Assembly (NCBI GenBank): GCA_040255585.1
Contig: JBDZVI010000004.1
Span: 1,590 to 65,589 of the forward strand
From: Deinococcaceae bacterium
GTDB lineage: Bacteria; Deinococcota; Deinococci; Deinococcales; Trueperaceae
Direction: 5' to 3'
DNA length: 64,000 nucleotides
Shown here: positions 19,308 to 28,495 of the stretch, piece by piece
Layout: each line of letters starts with the position of its first letter
Numbering within the stretch: position 1 is the stretch's first letter
Position numbers and translations under genes: made by a program
Notes under the pieces: model-generated
Databases searched by the model: none
Seen by the model: only the letters and a program-made list of their open reading frames with translations
What the model was told of the DNA's origin: nothing

Positions 19308-20447
19308 TCATTCTAGGACGTGACGCGCTATCACGAGCCTCTGGATCTCGTTCGTGCCCTCGTAGATCTGGTTGAGCTTGACGTCGCGCATGAGCTTCTC
19401 GACGGGGTACTCGCTCATGTAGCCGTACCCGCCGAAGACGTTGATGGCCTCCTGGGCCGCCTCGAAGGCGCTGTCAGACGCGTACGCCTTCGCGATGGCC
19501 GCCGCCTCGGCATGGGGTTGACCCGTGTCGGCGAGCCACGCAGCGTGATAGGTCTGCCACCGCGCCGTCTCGAGGGCGATCTTCATGTTGGCCAGCTTGA
19601 ACTGGATGGCCTGGAAGCGGGCGATGGGCCCCCCGAAGGCGTGCCGCTCGCGCGCGTAGTTGGCCGCCTCGTCGAGCGCCCTACGCAGCACGCCGACGGA
19701 GCCGGCCGCCACCGGCACGCGCGTGCGGTCCAGGGTGCGCATGGCGATCTTGAACCCCTCGCCCTTCTGGCCGAGCAGGTTGGAGGCGGGCACGCGCACG
19801 TCGTCGAAGACGAGCTCGTAAGTCGGGCTGGCGCGCTGCCCCAGCTTGCCGTGCAGCTGGTTCGCGCTGAAGCCGGGGCGGTCCGTCTCCACCACGACCG
19901 CGACGGTGCCCCTGTGCTTGAGGCTCGGATCGAACGTCGCGAAGACCACGTTGAAGTCGGCGATGCCGCCGTTGGAGATCCACGTCTTCGTGCCGGTGAT
20001 GACGATCTCGTCGCCATCGAACTCGGCCTTGGTGGCGAGGCCGGCGGCGTCGGAGCCGTTGTTCGGCTCGGACAGGGCGAAGGCGGCCAGGCGCGGCCCG
20101 CGCGTTAGCGGGGCGAGGAAGCGTTCGTGTTGCTCATGCGTGCCGGCGATGAGGAGCGGCGTGATCCCGAGCTCAGACGCCATCAGGATCGTGTAGATGC
20201 CCATGCAGCCGTAGCCGAGCTCCTCGCCGATGATCGCCTCGTCGAGGAGCTCGAGGCCCGCCCCGCCGACAGCGCTCGGGACGCCGACGTTGAGCAGGCC
20301 GACCTCGTAGGCGGCCCTGACGATGTCCTCAGGGTACGTGCCGTCGCGATCGTGCTGTGCCGCCACCGGGATGACGCGCTCGCGCACGAAGTCACGAGCG
20401 AGCTTCTGGAACTGCTTCTGCTCCTGCGTTAGTTCGAACCCGATCAT
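19308..20447 (-). CDS. acyl-CoA dehydrogenase
   Basis: ACAD signatures: FALSEPNNGSDA, KTWISNGG, QIYEGTNEIQRLVIAR. Confidence 0.9.
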   Translation of the reverse strand: MIGFELTQEQKQFQKLARDFVRERVIPVAAQHDRDGTYPEDIVRAAYEVGLLNVGVPSAVGGAGLELLDEAIIGEELGYGCMGIYTILMASELGITPLLIAGTHEQHERFLAPLTRGPRLAAFALSEPNNGSDAAGLATKAEFDGDEIVITGTKTWISNGGIADFNVVFATFDPSLKHRGTVAVVVETDRPGFSANQLHGKLGQRASPTYELVFDDVRVPASNLLGQKGEGFKIAMRTLDRTRVPVAAGSVGVLRRALDEAANYARERHAFGGPIARFQAIQFKLANMKIALETARWQTYHAAWLADTGQPHAEAAAIAKAYASDSAFEAAQEAINVFGGYGYMSEYPVEKLMRDVKLNQIYEGTNEIQRLVIARHVLE

Positions 20448-20535
20448 GCCTCGCTCCTTGCCTCGCGCCCGAACCGCCGGGCCTCGCCGCTTCTAACGAT
20501 GCCAGCTCGCCGGCCGGGCGGCGCGTGACGCGTCC

Positions 20536-21687
20536 TCAGCGACCGAGCTCCCGGTAGATCTGGCGGTGGATCACCATGCGTTGTATCTCGCTGGTGCCCT
20601 CGTAGATCTCGGTCACGCGGGCATCGCGGAAGTAGCGCTCCACCGGATAGGCCTTCGTGTAGCCGTAGGCGCCGAAGACCTGCACGGCGCCGTGCGTCAC
20701 CTTCGCGGCCGTCTCCGACGCCAGCAGCTTGGCCATGGCCGCCTCCGCGGTCGTGCGGTAGCCGCGGTCCTTCAACCAGGCCGCCCGGTGGGTCATCAGC
20801 CGCGCGGACTCTATGCCGACCATCATGTCCGCCAACCTGAAGCCGATGGCCTGGTGCTCATGGATGGGCCGGCCGAAGGCGGTGCGCTGAGCGGCGTAAT
20901 CGCGGGCCGCCTCGTAGGCCGCGCGCGCGATACCGACCGAGAGGGCCGCGATGCCGATGCGCCCGCCGTCGAGCCCGGCCATGGCGATGATGAAGCCCTG
21001 CCCGACCTGGCCGAGGACGTTCTCGTCCGGCACGAAGCAGTCCTCGAAGCCGACAGTGGTCGTGATGGCCGCGTGCTGACCGAGTTTCTCCTCCGGCTTG
21101 CCGAACGTCAGGCCGTCGACGCCCTTCTCGACCATGAAGCACGTTACGCCGCGAGCGCCGGCCGCCCGGTCCGTCTTCGCCATGACCAGGTAGAACTGCG
21201 CCTCGCCACCCGAGGTGATCCAGGCCTTCGTGCCGTTCAGCACGTAACCGTCGCCCCGGCGCGTGGCCCGCGTCTCCATGGCGACGGCGTCGGAGCCGCT
21301 ATTGGCCTCCGAAAGGCAGAAGGCCCCGATCCACTCGCCGCTCGCCAGCCGCGGGAGGTAGCGCCGCTTCTGCTCCTCCGTGCCGTGCCTGAGCAAGAGC
21401 GACTGCGGGAGGCCGTTCGTCACGCTCATGATGGTGGCGTGCGCAGCGTCTACGGCGGCGATCTCCTCGAGCAGCACGGCGTAGGCCAGCGTGTCGAGGC
21501 CGGCTCCCCCGTACTCGACGGGCGTGAGCATGCCGAGCAGCCCGAGGTCGCCCATCTTGCGCAACGTCTGCCACGGGAAACGCGGCTCCCGGTCGAGGTC
21601 GGCGGCCACGGCACCTATCTCGTTGCGAGCGAACTCCCGCACGGCCTGCTGCATGCTGATCGTCTCGTCCGGCAACGCGAAGTCCAA
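20536..21687 (-). CDS. acyl-CoA dehydrogenase
   Basis: ACAD signatures: FCLSEANSGSDA, KAWITSGG, EIYEGTSEIQRMVI. TTG start after GAGGAGAG. Confidence 0.9.
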   Translation of the reverse strand: MDFALPDETISMQQAVREFARNEIGAVAADLDREPRFPWQTLRKMGDLGLLGMLTPVEYGGAGLDTLAYAVLLEEIAAVDAAHATIMSVTNGLPQSLLLRHGTEEQKRRYLPRLASGEWIGAFCLSEANSGSDAVAMETRATRRGDGYVLNGTKAWITSGGEAQFYLVMAKTDRAAGARGVTCFMVEKGVDGLTFGKPEEKLGQHAAITTTVGFEDCFVPDENVLGQVGQGFIIAMAGLDGGRIGIAALSVGIARAAYEAARDYAAQRTAFGRPIHEHQAIGFRLADMMVGIESARLMTHRAAWLKDRGYRTTAEAAMAKLLASETAAKVTHGAVQVFGAYGYTKAYPVERYFRDARVTEIYEGTSEIQRMVIHRQIYRELGR

Positions 21688-21757
21688 GGGCCTCTCTCCT
21701 CAAGTGGCGAGTATAGCCAAGGCCGCGGCGCCGGCCTTCGGCCGCTAGACTGGACGC

Positions 21758-22108
21758 ATGAACGCCAAGGACCTGCTCATGCGCGTGCCGGAGACCGTGC
21801 GGCCGCCGGACGGCGTGCGCCCCACTAAGCGCACCGTGGTGCAGTACTCCATCTCGGAGCCCGTCTACCACGTCCTGGAGAACGGCCAGGTGGTCGCTGT
21901 CGAGGGCACGGCGCCCGACCCAGACGTCACCATCAAGGTAGGTGACGACGACCTGATCGACCTGCTGGGCGGTCGGTTGAGCCCGGCCGCGGCACTGTTC
22001 ACGGGTCGTCTCAAGGTACGTGGCGACATCGGGCTGGCGCAGCGCCTCATCGGCCTGGTGGACCGGGAGAAGCTCGCGGCCGTCCAGGACGAGCTCGAGC
22101 GGGCCTGA
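21758..22108 (+). CDS. SCP2 sterol/lipid-carrier domain protein
   Basis: C-terminal LDLLGGRLSPAAALFTGRLKVRGDIGLAQRL matches the SCP2 signature (..G.l....a...Gk.k..G......l). Divergent from the acyl-CoA dehydrogenase genes. Confidence 0.7.
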   Translation: MNAKDLLMRVPETVRPPDGVRPTKRTVVQYSISEPVYHVLENGQVVAVEGTAPDPDVTIKVGDDDLIDLLGGRLSPAAALFTGRLKVRGDIGLAQRLIGLVDREKLAAVQDELERA

Positions 22109-22109
22109 C

Positions 22110-22574
22110 TCACGGATAGCGAACGACGTCGTGGCCGACGTAGCGGCCGTCCACGTACACGAACTTGGCCGAGAACGTGCCCGGCTCGTCGAGCCACGGC
22201 AGGAAGTGCCTATCGCCCTCCCAGAGGTCGAGGGCGCTCAGTCCGGCCGTGTCGATCCAGAAGAGCTCGCCCTCGCTCGAGGCGCGCGGCTCTCCCGCGA
22301 AGCTCGTGATCACGAAGACGAACACCAGGACATCGGTGTCGCCATCGAAACCCGGGAAGGTGAGCAACCCCTTGTAGCTCGCCTCCAGTACCTCGAGGCC
22401 GGACTCCTCCATGACCTCCCTGCGCATGCACTCCTCGGGCGTCTCGCCCGCCTCCAGCTTGCCGCCCAGGCCGTTCCACTGGCCGTGCTCGCCGCTGTAT
22501 GCCCGACCCCTGCGCAGCATCAGCGTCTTCTCGCCGCTGCGCACGTACGCCAGCGTGGTGAGCCGTACGCCCAT
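22110..22574 (-). CDS. NUDIX hydrolase (MutT-like)
   Basis: Nudix box GGKLEAGETPEECMRREVMEESGL. Confidence 0.8.
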   Translation of the reverse strand: MGVRLTTLAYVRSGEKTLMLRRGRAYSGEHGQWNGLGGKLEAGETPEECMRREVMEESGLEVLEASYKGLLTFPGFDGDTDVLVFVFVITSFAGEPRASSEGELFWIDTAGLSALDLWEGDRHFLPWLDEPGTFSAKFVYVDGRYVGHDVVRYP

Positions 22575-22628
22575 GGCGCGCAGCCTAACGCCGCGAGGCG
22601 GCGGTCAGGGGGACCCGGCGTCGCGAGC

Positions 22629-22940
22629 TCACGCCTCGCGCCTTCCCGCCAGCCGCTGCAGCTCGGCGAGCAGCTCGGAGCGCGCCTCGCGCGCCTCCTC
22701 TAGCGCGTCGCCCCGCTCACGCCGCACCCGAACGAGGTCGGCGGTCCTGCCACCGTTGCTCCATAGCCACTTGGCCACGTAGCGCGCCGCGGCCAGCTCG
22801 GCGGCGGGGCCGATCCCGGCCGTCGGCGGCGAGAGCGTGACGCGTTCCCGCGCGCCGGCCTCAGACTCGAGCACCACCAGCGCCTGCAACCGTCCGGCGC
22901 TCGGTCGGAGGAACACCTGCTCAAGGCGGTCGGCGCGCAC
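22629..22940 (-). CDS. hypothetical protein (103 aa)
   Basis: High GC3 in this frame, balanced composition, charged helical C-terminus. GTG start 15 nt after the aspartate kinase stop, with no clear SD. No recognisable motif. Confidence 0.4.
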   Translation of the reverse strand: MRADRLEQVFLRPSAGRLQALVVLESEAGARERVTLSPPTAGIGPAAELAAARYVAKWLWSNGGRTADLVRVRRERGDALEEAREARSELLAELQRLAGRREA

Positions 22941-22955
22941 GCTGGCCCGACGCGC

Positions 22956-24284
22956 CTAGTCGTCCGCGGCGGCGCCGTCCGCGGCGTCGAGGCCGAACGC
23001 CGTATGCACGGCCTCGAGGACGGCCTGCGCCCGCTCGGCGGGGATGAGCACGCTGATGCGCACCTCGCTCGTGGTGATCATGTCGATGTTGGCGTTCGCC
23101 GCGGCGACGGCGTCGAACATGCGGGCGGCAACGCCGGGGGTCGATCCGATGGCGATGCCGACGATCGAGACCTTGGCGACGTCCGTGTCGACCTCGGCGT
23201 GCGCGCCCATCTCGCCGAGCACGGGCTCCAGGGCCGCGAGGGCGTCGGGGACCACGTCCTTGCCGACGATGAAAGCCATCTGTTGGCGGCTGTCAGAGGC
23301 GCCGCGGACGCCCTGGATGATCATGTCGACGCTCACGTCGGCACGCCCGAGGGCCCCGAAGATGAGCGCGGCCACGCCGGGGCGGTCTGGGACGGCGTGG
23401 AGGTCGACGCGCGCGTGGTTCAGGTCAAGGGCGACCCCCGTGACGGGCTTGTCGGCGATCATGCTCATGTTCCCCTCCTGGGGGCGCGTCAGGCGCGTGA
23501 CTATCGTGCCGGGGGCGTTGCCGAACGACGAGCGGACGTGGACGCGCACGCCGTAGCGCCGCGCGTACCAGACGCTGCGCGGGTGCAGGACCTTGGCGCC
23601 CTGGCTGGCGAGCTCGATCATCTCGTCGTAATCGACCACGGCGAGCTTGGTGGCGCTGGAGACGCGGTGCGGGTCGGTCGTGTACACGCCGTCGGTGTCG
23701 GTGAAGATCTCGCACTCGGGGGCTCGAAGCGCCGCGGCGATGGCAACGGCGGTGGTGTCGGAACCGCCGCGCCCGAGGGTGGTGATGTGCCCTTCGGCAT
23801 CGGCTCCCTGGAAACCGGCGACCACCACGACGTCGACGTCCTCCAGGGCGGCGAGCACGGGGCGCGGGTCGACTTCCAGGATGCGGGCCGAGCCGTGGCG
23901 GGAGTCGGTCAGAAAGCCCGCTTGCGCGCCGGTGAACGAGCGCGCCCTGATGCCGCGCTCGTGCAGGGCCATGGCCACGAGGGCGATGGACTGCTGCTCG
24001 CCCGTCGCCAGGAGGACGTCGAGCTCACGGCGAGAGGCGCGGGCGGTCACCTCGCGCGCCAGGCCGATGAGCTGGTCGGTGGTCCTCCCCATGGCCGAGA
24101 CGGTCACGACGACCTTCTCGCCCGCATGGACCGACCTCTCGATGCGGGCAGCCACCTTGCCGATCCTGTCCACGTCGCCGACGCTCGTCCCGCCGTACTT
24201 CTGCACCCTGACCGGCCACGGCAGGGTCACCTCCACGGCGTCCCGGCGCAAGGCCTCGGTTGGTTGTGCTGGAGCGACTTCCAT
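22956..24284 (-). CDS. lysC: aspartate kinase (with C-terminal ACT domains)
   Basis: VQKYGGTSVGD, VVVTVSAMG.TTD and LGRGGSDTTAVAIAA motifs, with two ACT-like repeats at the C-terminus. Start set at ATG 24284 (MEVAP..); the ORF continues to 24380, so the start is uncertain. Confidence 0.85.
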   Translation of the reverse strand: MEVAPAQPTEALRRDAVEVTLPWPVRVQKYGGTSVGDVDRIGKVAARIERSVHAGEKVVVTVSAMGRTTDQLIGLAREVTARASRRELDVLLATGEQQSIALVAMALHERGIRARSFTGAQAGFLTDSRHGSARILEVDPRPVLAALEDVDVVVVAGFQGADAEGHITTLGRGGSDTTAVAIAAALRAPECEIFTDTDGVYTTDPHRVSSATKLAVVDYDEMIELASQGAKVLHPRSVWYARRYGVRVHVRSSFGNAPGTIVTRLTRPQEGNMSMIADKPVTGVALDLNHARVDLHAVPDRPGVAALIFGALGRADVSVDMIIQGVRGASDSRQQMAFIVGKDVVPDALAALEPVLGEMGAHAEVDTDVAKVSIVGIAIGSTPGVAARMFDAVAAANANIDMITTSEVRISVLIPAERAQAVLEAVHTAFGLDAADGAAADD

Positions 24285-24351
24285 ATAGCCGGGCAGCTTA
24301 CCTTGCCGCGTCGTCCCGGTGCCAGGTTGGGGCGCCTGCCATAATCGAGGC

Positions 24352-25716
24352 ATGGACAGCGACGCCAACGTTACCCGCATCGCGGTTATCGGCGCCGGCC
24401 CGGCCGGCTTCTACGCAACGGAAGCGCTACTCAAGGGGCTGGGCGACGCGGTGTCGGTCGACCTGATCGAGCGTCTTCCTACGCCGTACGGCCTCGTGCG
24501 CTTCGGCGTCGCCCCCGATCACCAGAAGATCAAGTCCGTCACGCGCCTCTACGACCGCACCCTCGCCGATCCGCGCGTCAGGTACCTCGGCAACGTCGAG
24601 TTCGGCAAGCACCTGACCATCGAGGACCTGCGGCGCCACTACCACGCGGTCGTCGTCACGGTCGGCTCGCCGACGGACAGGCGCCTCGCCATACCCGGCG
24701 AGGACCTCCTCGGGAGCATGTCGGCCACCGAGTTCGTGGCCTGGTACAACTCGCACCCCGACTTCCGGGATCTCGAGGTGCCCCTCGCGGCCAAGACGGC
24801 CGTGATCATCGGCGTCGGCAACGTGGCCATCGACGTCACACGCGTGCTCGCGAAGACGGTGGCCGAACTCGGTGAGACGGACATCGCCGACCACGCGCTG
24901 GAGCGCCTGGCCGACTCGACCGTCGAGGACATCGTGATCGTGGGTCGCCGCGGTCCTGCCGAGGCGAAGTTCACCACCAAGGAGCTGCGCGAGCTGGGCG
25001 AGTTGGCCAACGCCGACATCTTCGTGCGCGAGGAGGAGCTCGAGGTGGGCGAGGCCAGCCTCGCCGCCATCGCGGGCGACGTCAACGCCATGAAGAACCT
25101 CGAGGTGCTACGCGACTTCGCCAAGCAGACGCCGGAGGGGAAACCACGCCGCGTGCACATACGCTTCCTCCTCTCGCCGCTCGAGCTGCGCGGCAACGGG
25201 CACGTGAGCAGCGTCCTGTTCGGCAAGAACCGCCTCGAGGAGCGCCAGGGCGGGGGGCTGGCCGCCGTGGCGACGGGCGAGACGGAGGAGTTCCCCGCGG
25301 AGCTCGTCTTCCGCTCCGTCGGCTACCAGGGCACCGCGCTAGCGGGCATCCCTTTCGACGAGCGCGCCGGCGTGATCCCGAACGAGGCCGGCCGGGTGCT
25401 GACGGCGCGGGGCGGAGCGCCCGTTCCGGGGCTGTACGTCGCCGGCTGGATCAAGCGCGGACCCAGCGGCGTGATCGGCACCAACAAGGCGTGCGCCATG
25501 GAGACCGTCGCGAGCCTGTTGGCCGACGAGCTGCCCGTGCCGCCCGAGCCGAGCGTCGAGGCGCTCGACGCCCTGTTGGCCGACCGCGGCGCGCGACCCT
25601 TCACGGCGGCCGACTGGGCGAAACTGGACGCCCTCGAGACGGCCGCCGGCACGGCCAGCGGTCGACCGCGCGTGAAACTGGCCGACGTCGAGGCGATGCT
25701 GGCGGCCGTCGGCTGA
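24352..25716 (+). CDS. FprA/adrenodoxin-reductase-like NADPH:ferredoxin oxidoreductase
   Basis: IAVIGAGPAGFYA (FAD fold), LPTPYGLVRFGVAPDH.KIK and VIIGVGNVAIDV (NADP fold) closely follow the mycobacterial FprA pattern as I remember it. Confidence 0.8.
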   Translation: MDSDANVTRIAVIGAGPAGFYATEALLKGLGDAVSVDLIERLPTPYGLVRFGVAPDHQKIKSVTRLYDRTLADPRVRYLGNVEFGKHLTIEDLRRHYHAVVVTVGSPTDRRLAIPGEDLLGSMSATEFVAWYNSHPDFRDLEVPLAAKTAVIIGVGNVAIDVTRVLAKTVAELGETDIADHALERLADSTVEDIVIVGRRGPAEAKFTTKELRELGELANADIFVREEELEVGEASLAAIAGDVNAMKNLEVLRDFAKQTPEGKPRRVHIRFLLSPLELRGNGHVSSVLFGKNRLEERQGGGLAAVATGETEEFPAELVFRSVGYQGTALAGIPFDERAGVIPNEAGRVLTARGGAPVPGLYVAGWIKRGPSGVIGTNKACAMETVASLLADELPVPPEPSVEALDALLADRGARPFTAADWAKLDALETAAGTASGRPRVKLADVEAMLAAVG

Positions 25717-25896
25717 CGAGACCGGCTTCCGGCGGCACGAGGCGGCGCATGGCTCCCTTGCTGCTGGTAGAGCGGCTCGCTCGTGCCACCGCCCATGCAG
25801 GGCGACGCCCCGAGCTTGGGCCCCTCCGGACGCGCTTCTCACGAAGTGTTACGATGCCGCCGAACACAGCGCAAGCCAGCGCATAAAGCGAGGTAA

Positions 25897-26760
25897 ATGA
25901 ACGTGTCGGATACTCATCCCGCGAGTTCGAGCACGGGGTCGGCCCGACCGCCCGGTCGGGCAGGCGGCGTCGGCCCGGGCGCGCCGCTGCTGAGCATCCA
26001 GGGCCTGACGAAAGACTTCGGCGGCCTGCGCGCCGTCAACGCCTGCTCCTTCGACGTCGCCCCTGGCAGCATCACCGGCCTGATCGGTCCGAACGGCGCG
26101 GGCAAGACCACCCTCTTCAGCCTGGTGTCCGGGTTCCACCGACCCGACTCGGGTCGCGTCTACCTTGACGGCGAGGACGTCACGGGCCTGCCCTCCCACC
26201 TCCTCTTCCGCAAGGGTCTCTGCCGGACCTTCCAGATCCCCCGCGAGCACAAGAGCATGACCGTGACCGAGAACCTCATGCTGGTGCCCAAGGGTCAGAT
26301 CGGCGAGCGGTTCTGGAACCCCGTCGTTCGGCCCGGCGCCGTGAGGGCGCAGGAGCGGCAGTTGCGCGACAAGGCCAACGAGGTGCTCGAGTTCGTTAAC
26401 CTCGCCCACATGGCGGACCAGCCGGCCGGCGCCATGTCGGGCGGCCAGAAGAAGCTACTCGAGCTCGCCCGCACCCTGATGGCCGACCCGAAGATCGTCC
26501 TCCTCGACGAGCCGGGCGCGGGCGTCAACCCGACGCTGATGGGCAAGATCCGCGAGAAGATCGAGCAGCTCAACCGCGAACGCGGCATCACGTTCCTGCT
26601 CATCGAGCACGACATGCCGCTCGTCATGGGCCTCTGCAACCCTGTGGTAGTGATGAACCAGGGCAGCAAGCTCGTCGAGGGGCCGCCGGCCATCATCAAG
26701 TCCGACCCGCGCGTCCTGGAGGCGTACCTTGGAGGGCAGTATGCCGCTCTTGACGGTTGA
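25897..26760 (+). CDS. livG: branched-chain amino acid ABC transporter ATP-binding protein
   Basis: Walker A GPNGAGKTT; signature SGGQKKLLELAR; Walker B VLLDEP; LivG-type tail PRVLEAYLG. Confidence 0.85.
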   Translation: MNVSDTHPASSSTGSARPPGRAGGVGPGAPLLSIQGLTKDFGGLRAVNACSFDVAPGSITGLIGPNGAGKTTLFSLVSGFHRPDSGRVYLDGEDVTGLPSHLLFRKGLCRTFQIPREHKSMTVTENLMLVPKGQIGERFWNPVVRPGAVRAQERQLRDKANEVLEFVNLAHMADQPAGAMSGGQKKLLELARTLMADPKIVLLDEPGAGVNPTLMGKIREKIEQLNRERGITFLLIEHDMPLVMGLCNPVVVMNQGSKLVEGPPAIIKSDPRVLEAYLGGQYAALDG

Positions 26761-27445
26761 GCGCGCCGTCGCCGGCTACGGCGAGATGCAGGTCCTCAGG
26801 GGCGTCACCCTCAGTGTCGGCGAAGGCGAGATCGTCTCGATAGTCGGTCCGAACGGCGCAGGCAAGTCGACGGTGATGAAGCTCATCTTCGGGCTGCTCA
26901 AGCCGTGGGAGGGCTCCATCACCTTCGACGGTCGCGACGTGTCCGGCACGGCGCCCGAGAAGCTGGTGCGGCTCGGGCTCTCGTACGTTCCCCAAGTTGA
27001 CAACGTCTTCCCCAACCTGACGGTCGAGGAGAACCTGGACATGGGGGGCTACATCCGTAACGGGTCGCTGGCGGAGCAGAAGGAGCGCGTCTTCGAGCTC
27101 TTCCCCCGCCTCGCCGAGCGCCGCAAGCAGCGAGCCGGCAAGATGTCGGGGGGCGAACGGCAGATGGTCGCGATGGGGAGGGCGCTGATGCTCGATCCGC
27201 GGCTGCTCATGCTCGACGAGCCTTCCGCCGGCCTCGCCCCCCTGCTGGTCGACATGATCTTCGACAAGATCGTCGAGATCAACCGCACGGGCGTGGCGGT
27301 CCTCATGGTCGAGCAGAACGCCAAGAAGTCGCTCGCGTTGGCCAACCGGGGCTACGTCCTGGCGACCGGCCAGAACCAGGTCGACGGTCAAGGCCGCGAC
27401 CTCCTCGAGAACCCAGAGGTCGCCCGCCTCTACCTGGGAGGTTGA
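26741..27445 (+). CDS. livF: branched-chain amino acid ABC transporter ATP-binding protein
   Basis: GPNGAGKST, SGGERQMVAMGRAL, LMLDEPS, EVARLYLGG. ATG 26741 after GGAGGG, overlapping the livG end. Confidence 0.85.
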   Translation: MPLLTVERAVAGYGEMQVLRGVTLSVGEGEIVSIVGPNGAGKSTVMKLIFGLLKPWEGSITFDGRDVSGTAPEKLVRLGLSYVPQVDNVFPNLTVEENLDMGGYIRNGSLAEQKERVFELFPRLAERRKQRAGKMSGGERQMVAMGRALMLDPRLLMLDEPSAGLAPLLVDMIFDKIVEINRTGVAVLMVEQNAKKSLALANRGYVLATGQNQVDGQGRDLLENPEVARLYLGG

Positions 27446-27447
27446 CG

Positions 27448-28494
27448 GTGGTGCAGAGTACGGGATCCTCAAGCGCGCGACCCATGGAACGGTTCCGCCG
27501 CGCCGCGGCGGGCCGGACGGGCATGCTCGTGGCGCTCGCGCTGGTGCTCGCCGCCATCGTGGTCGTCGCGATCGTCAAGGGCGTGCCCGGCACGCAGCTC
27601 CTCTCGCTCTTCGTACGCGGCGTGCTGCTCGGCGGCACGCTCGCCCTCGGCGCGATCGGTGTCACGCTCGTCTACGCGGTCCTCAAGATGGCCAACTTCG
27701 CGCACGGCGACACCATGACGCTCGGCGCGTACCTCGGCCTCGTCGTCGTGACGCTGCTGCCCAAAGGGGCGCCGCTGGCGCCGTTCTCCTTCGGGTACGA
27801 GTTCCTCGTCGCCCTGCTCCTAGTCATCCCGGCCGTCGGGCTCATCGCCTTCGGGCTCGACCAGCTCGCCTTCCGGCCGCTGCGGGCCCGTCGCTCGCAG
27901 TCGATCATGTTCGCTATGGCCGCCCTCGGCCTCGCGTTCGGCATCAGGAGCCTTGTCTACATCTTCTGGGGCGCGGATTTCACGTTCTTCTACACGGGGC
28001 GCGCGCGGCCGGCAGTCGAGCTCTTCGCCGGCGTGCGGGTGCGACCGGACCAGCTGTTCATCCTGGGCCTGGCCGTAGTGCTCATCGTCGGCGTGTACCT
28101 GCTGCTCGAGCGCACCAAGATCGGCAAGGCCATGCGCGCCACCGCGGACAACTCGGACCTGGCGCGCATCAGCGGCATAGACACGAAGCGCGTCATCCTC
28201 TGGACATGGCTCATCGGCGGCGGACTGGCCGGTGCCGGCGGCATGCTCTACGGCCTCGACGTGCAACTCAGGCCCGAGATGGGGTGGTGGCTGCTCCTGC
28301 CGCTCTTCGCGGCCGTCATCCTCGGCAGCATCGGCAACGCCTACGGGGCCCTCGCCGGAGCGTTCGTGATCGGCATCGTGTGGCAGATGAGCGGCGCGTT
28401 CATCAACCCCGTCTACAGCCAGGGGATCGCCTTCCTCGTCATGATCATCGTGCTCATCGTCCGCCCAGAGGGACTGTTCGGGGGGAGGAAGTAG
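27448..28494 (+). CDS. livH: branched-chain amino acid ABC transporter permease
   Basis: Polytopic LivH pattern (GAIGVTLVYAVLKMANFAHGD.., GNAYGALAGAFVIG). GTG 27448 after GGGAGG; several alternative starts exist (27442-27517). Confidence 0.8.
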   Translation: MVQSTGSSSARPMERFRRAAAGRTGMLVALALVLAAIVVVAIVKGVPGTQLLSLFVRGVLLGGTLALGAIGVTLVYAVLKMANFAHGDTMTLGAYLGLVVVTLLPKGAPLAPFSFGYEFLVALLLVIPAVGLIAFGLDQLAFRPLRARRSQSIMFAMAALGLAFGIRSLVYIFWGADFTFFYTGRARPAVELFAGVRVRPDQLFILGLAVVLIVGVYLLLERTKIGKAMRATADNSDLARISGIDTKRVILWTWLIGGGLAGAGGMLYGLDVQLRPEMGWWLLLPLFAAVILGSIGNAYGALAGAFVIGIVWQMSGAFINPVYSQGIAFLVMIIVLIVRPEGLFGGRK

Positions 28495-28495
28495 C

